Positions 9,432 to 19,002 of a stretch of DNA of 31,881 bases are shown one piece after another. The notes under the pieces are model-generated. The model did no database searches, was not told the origin of the DNA, and worked only from the letters and a program-made list of their open reading frames with translations. The stretch is from a virus. Taxonomy: Duplodnaviria; Caudoviricetes. A program made the position numbers and the translations under genes. Where the stretch lies: the IMG/VR virus record IMGVR_UViG_3300032219_001009, positions 1 to 31,881 of that record; one strand, 5' to 3'. Each line of letters starts with the position of its first letter. The stretch's first letter is position 1.

Positions 9432-10421
9432 TTAGTAAGCTCCGTAGTAAACGATGTCTTGTCCGATACCGAACTGAGTACCAGCAGTATATCTCATAAT
9501 GATTCTATAATTTTGAGAACCATCTAAGTCAGCCATGTCTAATACTTTAACTTCGTTGTGGTCAGATAAAAGACCAGTACCAAAGAACAAATTGCTCTTT
9601 TGTGCTGCTACGATTTTGTTGTCGCTCAAACCTGGACACAATACGATTTCAATACCATTGAAGTTGAATGGTTTTTCACCAACGTTTAATTGGTTGTTCC
9701 ATCCGTTTGCTCCTACTGCTCCACCTGCTAATGCTTGTTGGTAAGCCTTACCTACGTTAGTTGAAACGTAAAGTAAAACATCTTCTTTACCATACACTGC
9801 TGTAGGGATAGAGTTAACTACTGAATCTAATTTAGATAATACGTTAGCTGAAGTTACTGAACCAGAAATCGCACCTGTGTGTGATGTTGGTGAAGAAGCT
9901 CCTGCTGCGATTACTGAAGTAGAAGAAGATAACGCTACTGATGCAGAGAATGCTGTTTGGAATCCACCGAACTGTCCGTTAGTAGATGAAACACCTTGCC
10001 AAATAGAAGTTTCAGTTGATTGTGCTACGAATCCACCAACATAAGAGATTAAATAATCGTTGAAGTTAGCTGGGATTGTATCAAATGCACTGTATCCTAA
10101 TTGTAAAGCCTCCCAAGAATCTACGAACTCTTGCTTACATAAGCTTAAGTTAACTTGCAATTCTTTTGGTTCTAAAATTCTTTCAGTTAATGCTACTGAA
10201 CCTGTTTGTGTGAAATCACAAGTTGCGTTAGAAACGATGTCTGCTAACTGAACTTTTTGAATTACACTTTTGTACTTTACGTTAGGCATTATAGTAACAT
10301 ATCTGTTATCTAATGTCTTAGCGGAAAGTAACGCTGCAGAAATGTATTTTCCTGCGAACTCACCAGCATAGGTAGTTGTTACCGCTGGGTTTCCTGTTAC
10401 GAAATTTTGTTGTTTTCTCAT
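9432..10421 (-). CDS. Major capsid protein
   Basis: 329 aa; TTYAGEFAGKYISAALLS, TERILEPKELQVNLSLCK, SNLFFGTGLLSD..EVKVLDM motifs; follows the scaffold gene. Confidence 0.9.
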   Translation of the reverse strand: MRKQQNFVTGNPAVTTTYAGEFAGKYISAALLSAKTLDNRYVTIMPNVKYKSVIQKVQLADIVSNATCDFTQTGSVALTERILEPKELQVNLSLCKQEFVDSWEALQLGYSAFDTIPANFNDYLISYVGGFVAQSTETSIWQGVSSTNGQFGGFQTAFSASVALSSSTSVIAAGASSPTSHTGAISGSVTSANVLSKLDSVVNSIPTAVYGKEDVLLYVSTNVGKAYQQALAGGAVGANGWNNQLNVGEKPFNFNGIEIVLCPGLSDNKIVAAQKSNLFFGTGLLSDHNEVKVLDMADLDGSQNYRIIMRYTAGTQFGIGQDIVYYGAY

Positions 10422-10442
10422 TTTTAAATGATTTTATTATTT

Positions 10443-11153
10443 TTAGTTATATAATTTAGATAAGAACGAACCTTGTAAGTTCTCTTCCTTATTTTTATTT
10501 TTTGGTTTTGCGATAGAGAACTTTTGTTCTTCGATAGGTGCTCCATCTAACTTAGGAGTTTTATCTTCTTCCATTATCTCTTCTGTTTCAGAAACTTCTT
10601 CAATTGCTTCCATCTTAGCGATTCTCTTTTCCATTTCTTCGATTCTATAAGCCATATCTTCATACATCTTCTTCATATCGAATGGAGAACCTTCTTCGCC
10701 AGGTAATGGTTCAGCTTCTTCTTCAATACCATCACCGCTAGGTAATTCTTCTGCTAACATAGATGAAGGTTTAGTTCCTTTATCGTTAGTTGCAGGAGAT
10801 TTAGGGTCTGGTACTTTGTTTGCTTCAGGCTCCATAGTTGCAGATGGAATAGGTTTAACCTCTTCAGTTTCCATTTCTACATTTTCTCTTTCTGTAATTA
10901 CACCATCTTTAGTGATTACTTTGAAAGGAACTTCGTTACCTTCAGTATCTCTTAATACTAAATCATGTGTACCATCTGGTGCTAGAGTTTTATTTCCATC
11001 TTCTGATATTACTTCTACCTTTTCACCCACATCAAATGTAGGAGATTCAACGATAGTTCCATCAGCCAATCTTGCGTATGTCATCGTTACTTCTTCCTTC
11101 TTAGTGATGGAAAGCATTGATACTATACGGTCTAATACTTGTTTTGAGTTCAT
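10443..11153 (-). CDS. Capsid scaffolding protein
   Basis: 236 aa, very acidic; LADGTIVE...APDGTHDL motif and coiled-coil segment, immediately upstream of the capsid gene. Confidence 0.75.
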   Translation of the reverse strand: MNSKQVLDRIVSMLSITKKEEVTMTYARLADGTIVESPTFDVGEKVEVISEDGNKTLAPDGTHDLVLRDTEGNEVPFKVITKDGVITERENVEMETEEVKPIPSATMEPEANKVPDPKSPATNDKGTKPSSMLAEELPSGDGIEEEAEPLPGEEGSPFDMKKMYEDMAYRIEEMEKRIAKMEAIEEVSETEEIMEEDKTPKLDGAPIEEQKFSIAKPKNKNKEENLQGSFLSKLYN

Positions 11154-11182
11154 AATAGTTTAATTTTTCTATTGTTTAATAA

Positions 11183-11208
11183 TAATAACAAATTTTTTTA
11201 TATTTGTA
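11183..11208 (-). promoter_or_regulatory. Putative late promoter TACAA-N13-TGTTATTA
   Basis: Perfect consensus copy upstream of scaffold/capsid genes. Confidence 0.75.
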
Positions 11209-11219
11209 TCAGTTTTTTT

Positions 11220-12941
11220 TTAATTTGTGAATGAAGATGATAGAACACTATAAATTGTAGTCACCTCTGTGGAACTTAATTCTCTATCGTAAATCAGTAT
11301 TGCTCCAACTCTTCCACCAAAGAAGTTTGTGCTATTATCTCTACCCGCAACATTGGTTGGTGCAGTAGTTTGTGGGTTTGAAGTAGAACCCATACTATTT
11401 GCTCTCACCGTAGTTGCTACTGCTCCTGATACTGCGTTGAAGTATAGTTTAACTCCACTTGCGTTTGAGTTACCATTATAGGTAATACAATTTCCAACAA
11501 AGAGTGATGTTTGGTATGCATTTGTAGTATCGACATTTATTCTACCTCCACCTGTTCCTGTAGATAAGAAATCTAATCCCCATCTTCCTTCACCACCACC
11601 TGTGAATGTATTATATCCAACCGCCCATCCCATATAGTTTGGACTTGTTTGGTTTTTACTTATTACCTGTTGCACACCACTAACCGTTCCTGTGGTAGAT
11701 GGTTTGTAGAATGTGTATATACTAAATGAAGATGTTGCAGATAATACATTTAATCCTGCATCACTACTACTTAAATAGTTACTTCCGTTAAATCCAAATG
11801 AATTACTACCTGTAAATGATGGAGAACCTACCAATTGGAAGTTTCTACCATTTCCACTTAAATCATATAATGTAGAACCACTACCAGGCCATGAACTTGC
11901 AGTTGCAGGATTTAAATATAATTGTAATCCACTAGTTGGAATAGATGGAGCCGCTGTGGTAGTTGTTGTACTAGTCGTAGTTGTAGTTGTAGTAGTGGTT
12001 GTAGTTGTTGTACTTGTTGTTGTCGTAGTTGGAGCAGCAGTCGTAGTGGTTGTACTAGGAGGAATTGGTTTTGTATAAACTAAATCACTACCTAAATAAG
12101 CAGTGTTTATATCTAGTATTTGAGCTGATTGAGTAAGAACTACCGTATTACCTGCTGCAAACCATGCTGCTGATTGTGATATAGTTGTCGCTTCTAAAAT
12201 CCTATTATATACATAAAATGCACCTAATGTTCCGTTAAAATTGGAAATTCCTGATATAGGGTTCGCAGCGCCAAACCTTGCACCTTCTCCTCCATTGAAA
12301 TAAAATGGAGTATATTTGTTTCCATTAAATCCACCTGATGTTTGAGTTAATACACCATCTACAAATAAAGATGCTGAAGTTGTTACTCCATCATAAGTTA
12401 TAGCAAAATTCATTAACGAACCAGATGAGTATGGTATAGAAAATCTATTAAATGCTCCAGCTTCAGCTGCTTTAGCTCTTAAGTCCAAATGACAATAACC
12501 TGATGCCGGCGAACTATCTGTTCTAAAAATAGCATCACTACCAGATGGGGTAGTTAGATAATTAGCATTACCTAAAAGGGCTCTACTAGTAGATAAATCA
12601 CCAACTGTTCCATAAAACATCATAGTAAATGATTGAGTAGCAGATGAACTTGCGATTAAACTATTTATGTATAATCCATTAAATAAAGCTAATCTATCGT
12701 TAGTTCCATCAAATTGCCAAAATCCATTACTAGATGTACCTACTAATGGAAATTGTTGAACCTGTATCTCTCCGTTATAGTTTTCCCAAAGTGATGTGTT
12801 ATTGTAGTAACCTGCAGCCAATGCTATAGCAGCTCCACTAATTGGAGGTGCAGGTGATGAAAACGCAGATGAACCAGTGCCTGTGAATGTTAAGCCACCG
12901 AATAATCCTTGTAATTGAGAACTTCCTAAAAATATACTCAT
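11220..12941 (-). CDS. Receptor-binding/adhesin protein with two LamG (ConA-like) domains and a poly-Thr linker
   Basis: Two laminin-G-like signatures (NFAITYDG..LFVDG..FYVYNRIL; GSGSTLYDLSGNG..CITYNG..ILIYDRELSSTEV) separated by a Thr tract at about 11947-12063. Confidence 0.8.
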   Translation of the reverse strand: MSIFLGSSQLQGLFGGLTFTGTGSSAFSSPAPPISGAAIALAAGYYNNTSLWENYNGEIQVQQFPLVGTSSNGFWQFDGTNDRLALFNGLYINSLIASSSATQSFTMMFYGTVGDLSTSRALLGNANYLTTPSGSDAIFRTDSSPASGYCHLDLRAKAAEAGAFNRFSIPYSSGSLMNFAITYDGVTTSASLFVDGVLTQTSGGFNGNKYTPFYFNGGEGARFGAANPISGISNFNGTLGAFYVYNRILEATTISQSAAWFAAGNTVVLTQSAQILDINTAYLGSDLVYTKPIPPSTTTTTAAPTTTTTSTTTTTTTTTTTTTSTTTTTAAPSIPTSGLQLYLNPATASSWPGSGSTLYDLSGNGRNFQLVGSPSFTGSNSFGFNGSNYLSSSDAGLNVLSATSSFSIYTFYKPSTTGTVSGVQQVISKNQTSPNYMGWAVGYNTFTGGGEGRWGLDFLSTGTGGGRINVDTTNAYQTSLFVGNCITYNGNSNASGVKLYFNAVSGAVATTVRANSMGSTSNPQTTAPTNVAGRDNSTNFFGGRVGAILIYDRELSSTEVTTIYSVLSSSFTN

Positions 12942-12949
12942 AAATTATT

Positions 12950-15121
12950 TTATATTACAAAATACAATGTGTTTGCATTTGTTCCTGCTGTATTCAATAG
13001 AGTAGCCATACTAGCACTAGTCAAAGTTACAATAAAGTTAGCTTGTGGTGTTGATGGGTATATATCTGTTAATGTAGATACTAAGCTACCACTCAAACTA
13101 CCACTTACTATTGTTGGTACTGAACCTGTTAATGATAATCCTTTTGATGCACTAATAGAAGATATATCTGCTACTCCACTTACAAAAAGATTTCCACTTA
13201 CACTTGCATTACCTCTAACTTGTAATGAAGAGTTTCCGCTGAATACTCCACTAATGATTAAATCGTTTACTAAAGCCTCACCATTGATTCTTAATCCTGA
13301 TGATGTAATCGGGCAGTTACTATAGAATGAACCACTGCCTTGTGGTGTAGTTAATTCAAACGAGCCACTTCTAATTGATAATGCAGGTGTGTTTAATGGT
13401 GCAACTAATATCATTGAACCAAATGAACCGGTTGATGATATTGTATGTGCTGCGTTTGTTCCTATACGGATTAAACCTGCAGCTATACTCGCAGTACCTG
13501 CTACATTGTTTGATGCTAAATTACCTACACTGATACTTAAAGTTGCAGAACCGCTAGATGCAGTTTCTACAATTTGTGATGTGAAAGCAGAACTTCCTGT
13601 AGCCCATACTGCATTTACTTGAGTATTCACAGTTGAGCCAGATAATCCTAAAGATGTGTGTCTGTTTACACCCGTAGTTATTCTACTTAATAATCTATCT
13701 CCACTTGTATCACTACTTCCACTAAATGTTTGTAATCTTATTGCTGTTAAGTCTCCTGTCGCTCCAGCTGCCTGACGGGTTATATCTACGGATGTTACTA
13801 TCGCACTTGCAGTGGTATCTAATACTGTCTTAATATTTGTTGTACCAGGACTTCCTAAAGTAGGTGCATCAACTTCTAAGTTTATATTTGAACCCGTTAC
13901 TACTAAGTTACCACTAATGATTGAATTACCAATAACGGTTAATTCTATATCAGCTGATGAAGATAGTATTACCGAACCAGTTATAGTTTGATTTCCTATA
14001 AAGGTATTACTTCCTGTTGTTGCGAAAGAACTACTATCTATTGGAGTTACATTTTCAGCGTATGAAGCAGTTAATGCTTTGTTTGCGTAAGATGCTGTTC
14101 CTATTAGATTTCCTGTTATATTACCAGAAGATGATATAGCAGTTGTATTGATTTGTCCGTAGAATGTAGTTCCTAATGAACCTCCTGCTCCGAATAAAGC
14201 AACTGTGTTACCAGCATTATTCTGTATCTCTACTCCATTAACTGCGGGTGCCTGAACATGATGTGTTAATAAATCAAATCCTTGTTGTAAAGATATATTT
14301 CCACTTACTTCTACGTTACCACTAATAATTTGATTACCTCTAAATGTGTTACTTCCTGTTGTAGCGAAAGAACCGCTATCAATTACAGGTGCGTTTAATG
14401 CAAATGAAGCAGTTGTTGCAAATGATGCACTTGTCGCAAATGATGCAGATGCAATTGCACCTAATAAGAAAGATGCAGTTTGTGCGAAAGATGCGGATTC
14501 TATTACTCCTAATAAAAAGCTAGCGGTTAGAGCATTTGATGAACTTACCGCTCTACTTGCACTAATAGCAAAAGAAGCAGTTGCAGGTACATTCAATGCA
14601 AAAGATGCAGTAACTGCGTAAGATGAACTCAACACAGTCATTGAAGATGTTGATGAAGTGTTTACCTTTAAATCTATATTTGATTGTAATGTAGAAGAAC
14701 TTGCATTTAAATTATTAGTTAATGTAGAAGCACTCGCACTCAATTGAGCATCTGTAGCGAAAGTAGCATCTAATGATGAACTAAATACCTGCAATGCTGC
14801 AATAGATGAACTCTGTGCTAAATCAGTTACAGCTACAGAAGCAGATAAACTATTGATGTTATTCTGTAATGTAGAAGCACTTGCACTTAGTTGAGCATCT
14901 GTTGCGTATGTGTTATCCAACGATGAACTAAAATTCTTTAACTGAGAGATAGATGAGCTAAAACTTGCACTATCTAAATTGTAGGTTACTTCATCCACTA
15001 AACTATCAATCATATTCCCATTGAATGTTCTTAATAGAGTAGGTGTAATAAATCCTGTGTTATTGTTAGGAAAACTATTATTGTTCTCCGATGTAAGAGC
15101 ACCTTTGTTTAATTCGGCCAT
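12950..15121 (-). CDS. Tail fibre-like Ser/Ala/Thr-rich repetitive protein
   Basis: 723 aa; repeats SSSLD.T.ATDAQLSASASTL x2, SFATTGSNTF.GNQ.I.G x2, many ASFA units; ends in NANTLYFVI. Confidence 0.75.
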   Translation of the reverse strand: MAELNKGALTSENNNSFPNNNTGFITPTLLRTFNGNMIDSLVDEVTYNLDSASFSSSISQLKNFSSSLDNTYATDAQLSASASTLQNNINSLSASVAVTDLAQSSSIAALQVFSSSLDATFATDAQLSASASTLTNNLNASSSTLQSNIDLKVNTSSTSSMTVLSSSYAVTASFALNVPATASFAISASRAVSSSNALTASFLLGVIESASFAQTASFLLGAIASASFATSASFATTASFALNAPVIDSGSFATTGSNTFRGNQIISGNVEVSGNISLQQGFDLLTHHVQAPAVNGVEIQNNAGNTVALFGAGGSLGTTFYGQINTTAISSSGNITGNLIGTASYANKALTASYAENVTPIDSSSFATTGSNTFIGNQTITGSVILSSSADIELTVIGNSIISGNLVVTGSNINLEVDAPTLGSPGTTNIKTVLDTTASAIVTSVDITRQAAGATGDLTAIRLQTFSGSSDTSGDRLLSRITTGVNRHTSLGLSGSTVNTQVNAVWATGSSAFTSQIVETASSGSATLSISVGNLASNNVAGTASIAAGLIRIGTNAAHTISSTGSFGSMILVAPLNTPALSIRSGSFELTTPQGSGSFYSNCPITSSGLRINGEALVNDLIISGVFSGNSSLQVRGNASVSGNLFVSGVADISSISASKGLSLTGSVPTIVSGSLSGSLVSTLTDIYPSTPQANFIVTLTSASMATLLNTAGTNANTLYFVI

Positions 15122-15137
15122 ATCTTTTTATTTTCTT

Positions 15138-15383
15138 TTATCCTAATATATTGAATCCATTATCGAAACCATCTGAAAATCCACCTAATGGTACAGTTGC
15201 AACTTGTGTTACTCCAATACCTTGCTCCATTAAAGCCCCATTACAACATTTTCTGCTGTATGTTTTTCCGTCTAAACACATACATGCTCTTCGGCTATTC
15301 TTAGGTGAACTCAATCCTCTAGTCGGACCTAAATAGATACCGCTATTCTTTCTTTGATTCTGTGATTGTGATGGGTTTCCCAT
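15138..15383 (-). CDS. Small Cys-rich late protein
   Basis: 81 aa; RRACMCLDGKTYSRKCCNGAL..QGIG motif; preceded by a late promoter. Confidence 0.7.
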   Translation of the reverse strand: MGNPSQSQNQRKNSGIYLGPTRGLSSPKNSRRACMCLDGKTYSRKCCNGALMEQGIGVTQVATVPLGGFSDGFDNGFNILG

Positions 15384-15399
15384 AATAGTTCTTTAAAGA

Positions 15400-15425
15400 T
15401 AATAACAAAAAATTTAGCTTTTGTA
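15400..15425 (-). promoter_or_regulatory. Putative late promoter TACAA-N13-TGTTATTA
   Basis: Perfect consensus copy abutting the stop codon of the -1 frame ORF. Confidence 0.75.
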
Positions 15426-15692
15426 TCATTTGTTCTTTGCCATCGCTTCCCTATGTAAAAGGGTTTGTAGATAGTTCACATCAGATTGGTAAGCTAGAAA
15501 CAATAAACACTTCTCTAACGGTTCTCGTAGGATTTCCTCATATTTTGTAATATCCCCGTTGGCAAGTTGGTGGATTGAAGAGTAAGCTTTCCACTTTCTG
15601 TTAAAATTGACTTGATGTGCTGAGGTATCTCCACCTCCTGCTGATTCTCCAAATACTTCAGGATACCTTTCTGATAATCCGTTAGCAAACGA
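15426..15692 (-). CDS. -1 frameshift extension of the tail assembly chaperone (gpGT-like, about 257 aa fusion)
   Basis: After the T10 run (15692-15701) the -1 frame is open for 88 codons: SFANGLSERYPEVFGE...NFNRKWKAYSSIHQLANGDITKYEEILREPLEKCLLFLAYQSD...KNK*. Confidence 0.8.
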   Translation of the reverse strand, partial: SFANGLSERYPEVFGESAGGGDTSAHQVNFNRKWKAYSSIHQLANGDITKYEEILREPLEKCLLFLAYQSDVNYLQTLLHREAMAKNK

Positions 15693-16198
15693 AAAAAAAA
15701 ACTGATGGCTCCAAAGTGTACATGCATGGGTACATCTAAAAATGGTTCTCCGTTTATTACTGCATCATATCCTTTAATCTGATATGATTCACCAATCTGT
15801 TTAGTTACTGGTCTGTATAGGATACTCATTACTTCCGCCCACTTATCATCTATCTGTAGGGTTTCGTATTTTCCCAAATCAACATAAGCACCATAAGCCA
15901 TATTAGATAGGTTAGGCTCAAATCCATACTTCGTACCACCAATTGTGATTATCTTTTCTAATGGTAGGTTTGTATTATTAAAGAACTCTGTCAAATCCTT
16001 TTGTATTGCAGTGTATGTTTGTATATCTAATTTGTTTATATATGCTGCATCCATACCACATAAGTGATGGAATAGTGCAGCTATAATCGCCTCATTATTA
16101 TCCTTATACACATCCAAATCTCTTTTTAACTTTAGGTATTGTCTTAGGGTTATAGCACTCCATTTGGTAGGAACTATAATTTCTATTTCTTGTTTCAT
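15515..16198 (-). CDS. Tail assembly chaperone (gpG-like)
   Basis: 227 aa; contains the slippery sequence AGT TTT TTT TTT CGT with a long open -1 frame. Confidence 0.75.
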   Translation of the reverse strand: MKQEIEIIVPTKWSAITLRQYLKLKRDLDVYKDNNEAIIAALFHHLCGMDAAYINKLDIQTYTAIQKDLTEFFNNTNLPLEKIITIGGTKYGFEPNLSNMAYGAYVDLGKYETLQIDDKWAEVMSILYRPVTKQIGESYQIKGYDAVINGEPFLDVPMHVHFGAISFFFRLLTDYQKGILKYLENQQEVEIPQHIKSILTESGKLTLQSTNLPTGILQNMRKSYENR

Positions 16199-16202
16199 AT
16201 TC

Positions 16203-16397
16203 TTAATTTAAGTTTATTATATCATCTTTACCTTCACACTCTTTTAGTTGTTTCCATAAGAGTTTTTGTTTGGCTTCAGCATTCTTTACCATACTATCAA
16301 ACCAAATACACTTTGCATTTAGTTCGTTGTTTATGTTTATCAGTTCGTTTAGTAAAGCTTCTAACTGAATTATTTCTTCTTCACTATACTTGTTCAT
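16203..16397 (-). CDS. Hypothetical coiled-coil protein
   Basis: 64 aa, tightly packed in the operon. Confidence 0.6.
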   Translation of the reverse strand: MNKYSEEEIIQLEALLNELININNELNAKCIWFDSMVKNAEAKQKLLWKQLKECEGKDDIINLN

Positions 16398-16692
16398 CTG
16401 CTTTCGGTTTACTAAAATCTATAAATTCTACACCAGATGTACCACGTCTATTGCTTAGCCTTTTCATCAAATCTACATCTACTACTTCAGAATAACCAAA
16501 CAACATCGGGTCATAATACTTTAATAATTCGTACATCTTATCATACTCCCCAACTAACCGCTTTACTTCTGCTTCGTATCCTTCATTTAGTTTAATCAAC
16601 TCCTCTATCAGCTTTTGTTGTAACTCTACTCTATTTGCTAATTCAAAGTAATCATTTGTTTGTGTTGGATTAAACCCTAAAACCTTTGCCAT
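16384..16692 (-). CDS. Hypothetical coiled-coil protein
   Basis: 102 aa, starts immediately after the terL stop. Confidence 0.65.
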   Translation of the reverse strand: MAKVLGFNPTQTNDYFELANRVELQQKLIEELIKLNEGYEAEVKRLVGEYDKMYELLKYYDPMLFGYSEVVDVDLMKRLSNRRGTSGVEFIDFSKPKADEQV

Positions 16693-16693
16693 A

Positions 16694-17866
16694 TTATCTA
16701 ATTGTAATGTTGTAAATTCCTTTGTTTTCCGATTTCTTGCTTAATCGCATCATACTCACATATCTTGCCGCATCTATTGTATGGTCCATCCCACCTTCAG
16801 GTCTATTCGTTACATTACCTTCTTTATCTGCTCCCCATTGGTAACCATACATCTCATTGATTAAGTTTTGTGAACCTTTATGTAAATGTATCTTATAGTT
16901 TAACATGCAATTTATTCCGAATAGTATAGAGTCTTTACCCTTTACTACCGCTTTGGTATTGTACCCTCCTCTATATAGTTCTTCAATTAAGCGTGGTTCA
17001 CTGCTGTCACACCATATCTCTTCACGATTCAACGATAATCCTTTGAACCTACTCATTATATCACCTGTGGTTAAACCCTTCTCATAGAGGAGTTCTTTGA
17101 AGTATATGCTCTCTCCCCACTTCCAACAACCGACTAGTGTTGACGGGTCTGAACTAAATCCGAAGTCCATACCATACCCTATAAAATCTGATTCTATTGG
17201 TATATCTTCTATTATGTTGAATTGGAATATCTGTCTTTCGTTTCCTGCAAATTCACCTAATCCATAAACCTTCCATTGCTTTTCGTTCTTATCTTTCAGG
17301 TCTTCAATTGCTCGTATTTGCTCTTTTGGCAGATATGGGTTATCCTTATATGTTGTTCTGTAAACCGATGTGTTATCATCACCATATTGTTGTCTTAACC
17401 AATGGTATGGTGATATAGTCGGGTTGTAAGAGTAGATTATATTCTGTGTAGTTCTGATACCTAATTGGAATGCTTCTTCCTCTGACAATTCGTTTGCCTC
17501 ATCTACATAAGTTATATCAGCTTTAACCCCTCTTAGTTTCTGTGCATCATCTGCTGAGAAGAAACTGATTATACTACCACTCTCAAATGTATATTCTTTC
17601 TTTGTATCATGCCATTGGTTATCATTCCATATACGGAGAGTTTCCATTATATCTCTAAAATCTTTTATCGCACTTCGTCTTAAAGATGGCATTGATTTTC
17701 TTACAACTGAAATGTTTTTTCTTTCATTCTGTAATGCATATACTATTAACCAGGAAAGTATAGCGTATGTCTTTCCGCTTCTCGTTCCACCTAAATGATG
17801 TTGGAAGCGTGTTTTGTTATTCTCTATGTGTCCGTAGGTGATGGTTGTATCAATGGTTAGTTCCAC
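16694..17866 (-). CDS. terL: Terminase large subunit (PBSX/SPP1-type)
   Basis: Walker A GGTRSGKT, Walker B YVDEANE, YNP coupling motif, nuclease motifs GMDFGFSSDP and DHTIDAARY. Confidence 0.96.
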   Translation of the reverse strand: MELTIDTTITYGHIENNKTRFQHHLGGTRSGKTYAILSWLIVYALQNERKNISVVRKSMPSLRRSAIKDFRDIMETLRIWNDNQWHDTKKEYTFESGSIISFFSADDAQKLRGVKADITYVDEANELSEEEAFQLGIRTTQNIIYSYNPTISPYHWLRQQYGDDNTSVYRTTYKDNPYLPKEQIRAIEDLKDKNEKQWKVYGLGEFAGNERQIFQFNIIEDIPIESDFIGYGMDFGFSSDPSTLVGCWKWGESIYFKELLYEKGLTTGDIMSRFKGLSLNREEIWCDSSEPRLIEELYRGGYNTKAVVKGKDSILFGINCMLNYKIHLHKGSQNLINEMYGYQWGADKEGNVTNRPEGGMDHTIDAARYVSMMRLSKKSENKGIYNITIR

Positions 17867-18149
17867 TTCCTGTCTGATTTATGTTGACTGTAATTTGTTG
17901 GATTCTTTGATTTAATTCACCACTAAGTTCCATAGATGCTTTCTTAGGTACTATGTACTCTAACAGTCTTAGATATAACTTTGCTGCCTCAATTGGATTC
18001 TCTTTACGGATTCTATCTATATCTTCCCTAAATGCATCTAATCCCTGATTCGCTATTCTCGCAACTGCCAACTTAGCCTGTTCCGAACTTCTGTTTAATC
18101 CTCCTTTGGGTCTACCTAACCCTAACTTATTTCCTTTTTCGAATGGCAT
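17850..18149 (-). CDS. terS: Terminase small subunit (putative)
   Basis: 99 aa overlapping the terL start; MPFEKGNKLGLGRPKG N-terminus. Confidence 0.75.
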   Translation of the reverse strand: MPFEKGNKLGLGRPKGGLNRSSEQAKLAVARIANQGLDAFREDIDRIRKENPIEAAKLYLRLLEYIVPKKASMELSGELNQRIQQITVNINQTGSGTNH

Positions 18150-18171
18150 ATATATTATGTTTTCTATGTTA

Positions 18172-18197
18172 TTTTAACACTGCCTTTTCGGTTTATA
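18172..18197 (-). promoter_or_regulatory. Degenerate late promoter TATAA-N13-TGTTAAAA
   Basis: Same spacing as the other copies, upstream of terS. Confidence 0.5.
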
Positions 18198-18221
18198 GTT
18201 GATATATCTATATATATTTTT

Positions 18222-18776
18222 TTAATCATCATCTTTGAATGGGTTATCTAACAGCTCTCTTAGTTTTAACTTTACCCTCTTTGTATTCATAAAGGTAGTA
18301 CTCTTACTAATCCCTATCATCTTACTTACTTCATCTAAGGTCTTATCTGAAAACATATAATGCTCAAATAACATTACTGAACTCCATCCTTTCTCTTTCT
18401 TCATTCTATCTATGTGTACCATCATCTCATCCCAGCATTTATCAAACCTTTCATCACTCTCTACATTATACTCTTCATCTTTTATATCCCATTTGTCCGA
18501 CAACCTAACCGTCTCTTTCTTCTTCTTAATTAGGTTAATGAATCGACTACTTAGGAACGCTCTTGCGTACATAAGGTTAAACGATGTTGAATACCATATA
18601 GAAGGATTAGGTTTCTCTGCTAGATACAGATAGAGTTCACTTACTAATTCATCTGCTATATCTTTATTCTTTGATATGTTGTAAGCTGCACTATTCAACC
18701 AATTAGAGTGAGATACATACAAATGATGTAACCTTACTTTTGTTTCTTCGAATAGGTCTACACTACTACTTATCAT
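18222..18776 (-). CDS. ECF-like RNA polymerase sigma factor
   Basis: 184 aa; region-2-like DIADELVSELYLYL and region-4 HTH KTLDEVSKMIGISKSTTFMNTKRVK. Confidence 0.8.
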   Translation of the reverse strand: MISSSVDLFEETKVRLHHLYVSHSNWLNSAAYNISKNKDIADELVSELYLYLAEKPNPSIWYSTSFNLMYARAFLSSRFINLIKKKKETVRLSDKWDIKDEEYNVESDERFDKCWDEMMVHIDRMKKEKGWSSVMLFEHYMFSDKTLDEVSKMIGISKSTTFMNTKRVKLKLRELLDNPFKDDD

Positions 18777-19002
18777 TCTCTGCTACAAATCTTTTTAATG
18801 TATCTACAGCTGTCATCCATAAACCTCCACTACTTTTACAAGTGCAAGGTTGGGGTTGTGGTGTTGCTATTACTCTCGTATATAAAGCCCAAATGAATCC
18901 TGCATAGTTTGGGTTTAGATGTGTAGTAGTTTGTGCTAATACATCTTTTAATTCATCAAACTCTTGTTGTGTTAATGGCCCTATTAAATTTGATTCTGAC
19001 AT
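18766..19002 (-). CDS. Small Cys-containing hypothetical protein
   Basis: 78 aa with LYTRV...QPQPCTCKSS motif; overlaps the sigma start. Confidence 0.7.
   Translation of the reverse strand: MSESNLIGPLTQQEFDELKDVLAQTTTHLNPNYAGFIWALYTRVIATPQPQPCTCKSSGGLWMTAVDTLKRFVAENDK

Noticed and set aside
11220-15121. Diversity-generating retroelement acting on fibre genes
   Set aside because: No reverse transcriptase and no adenine-mismatched template/variable repeat pair seen; the repeats are in-frame protein repeats
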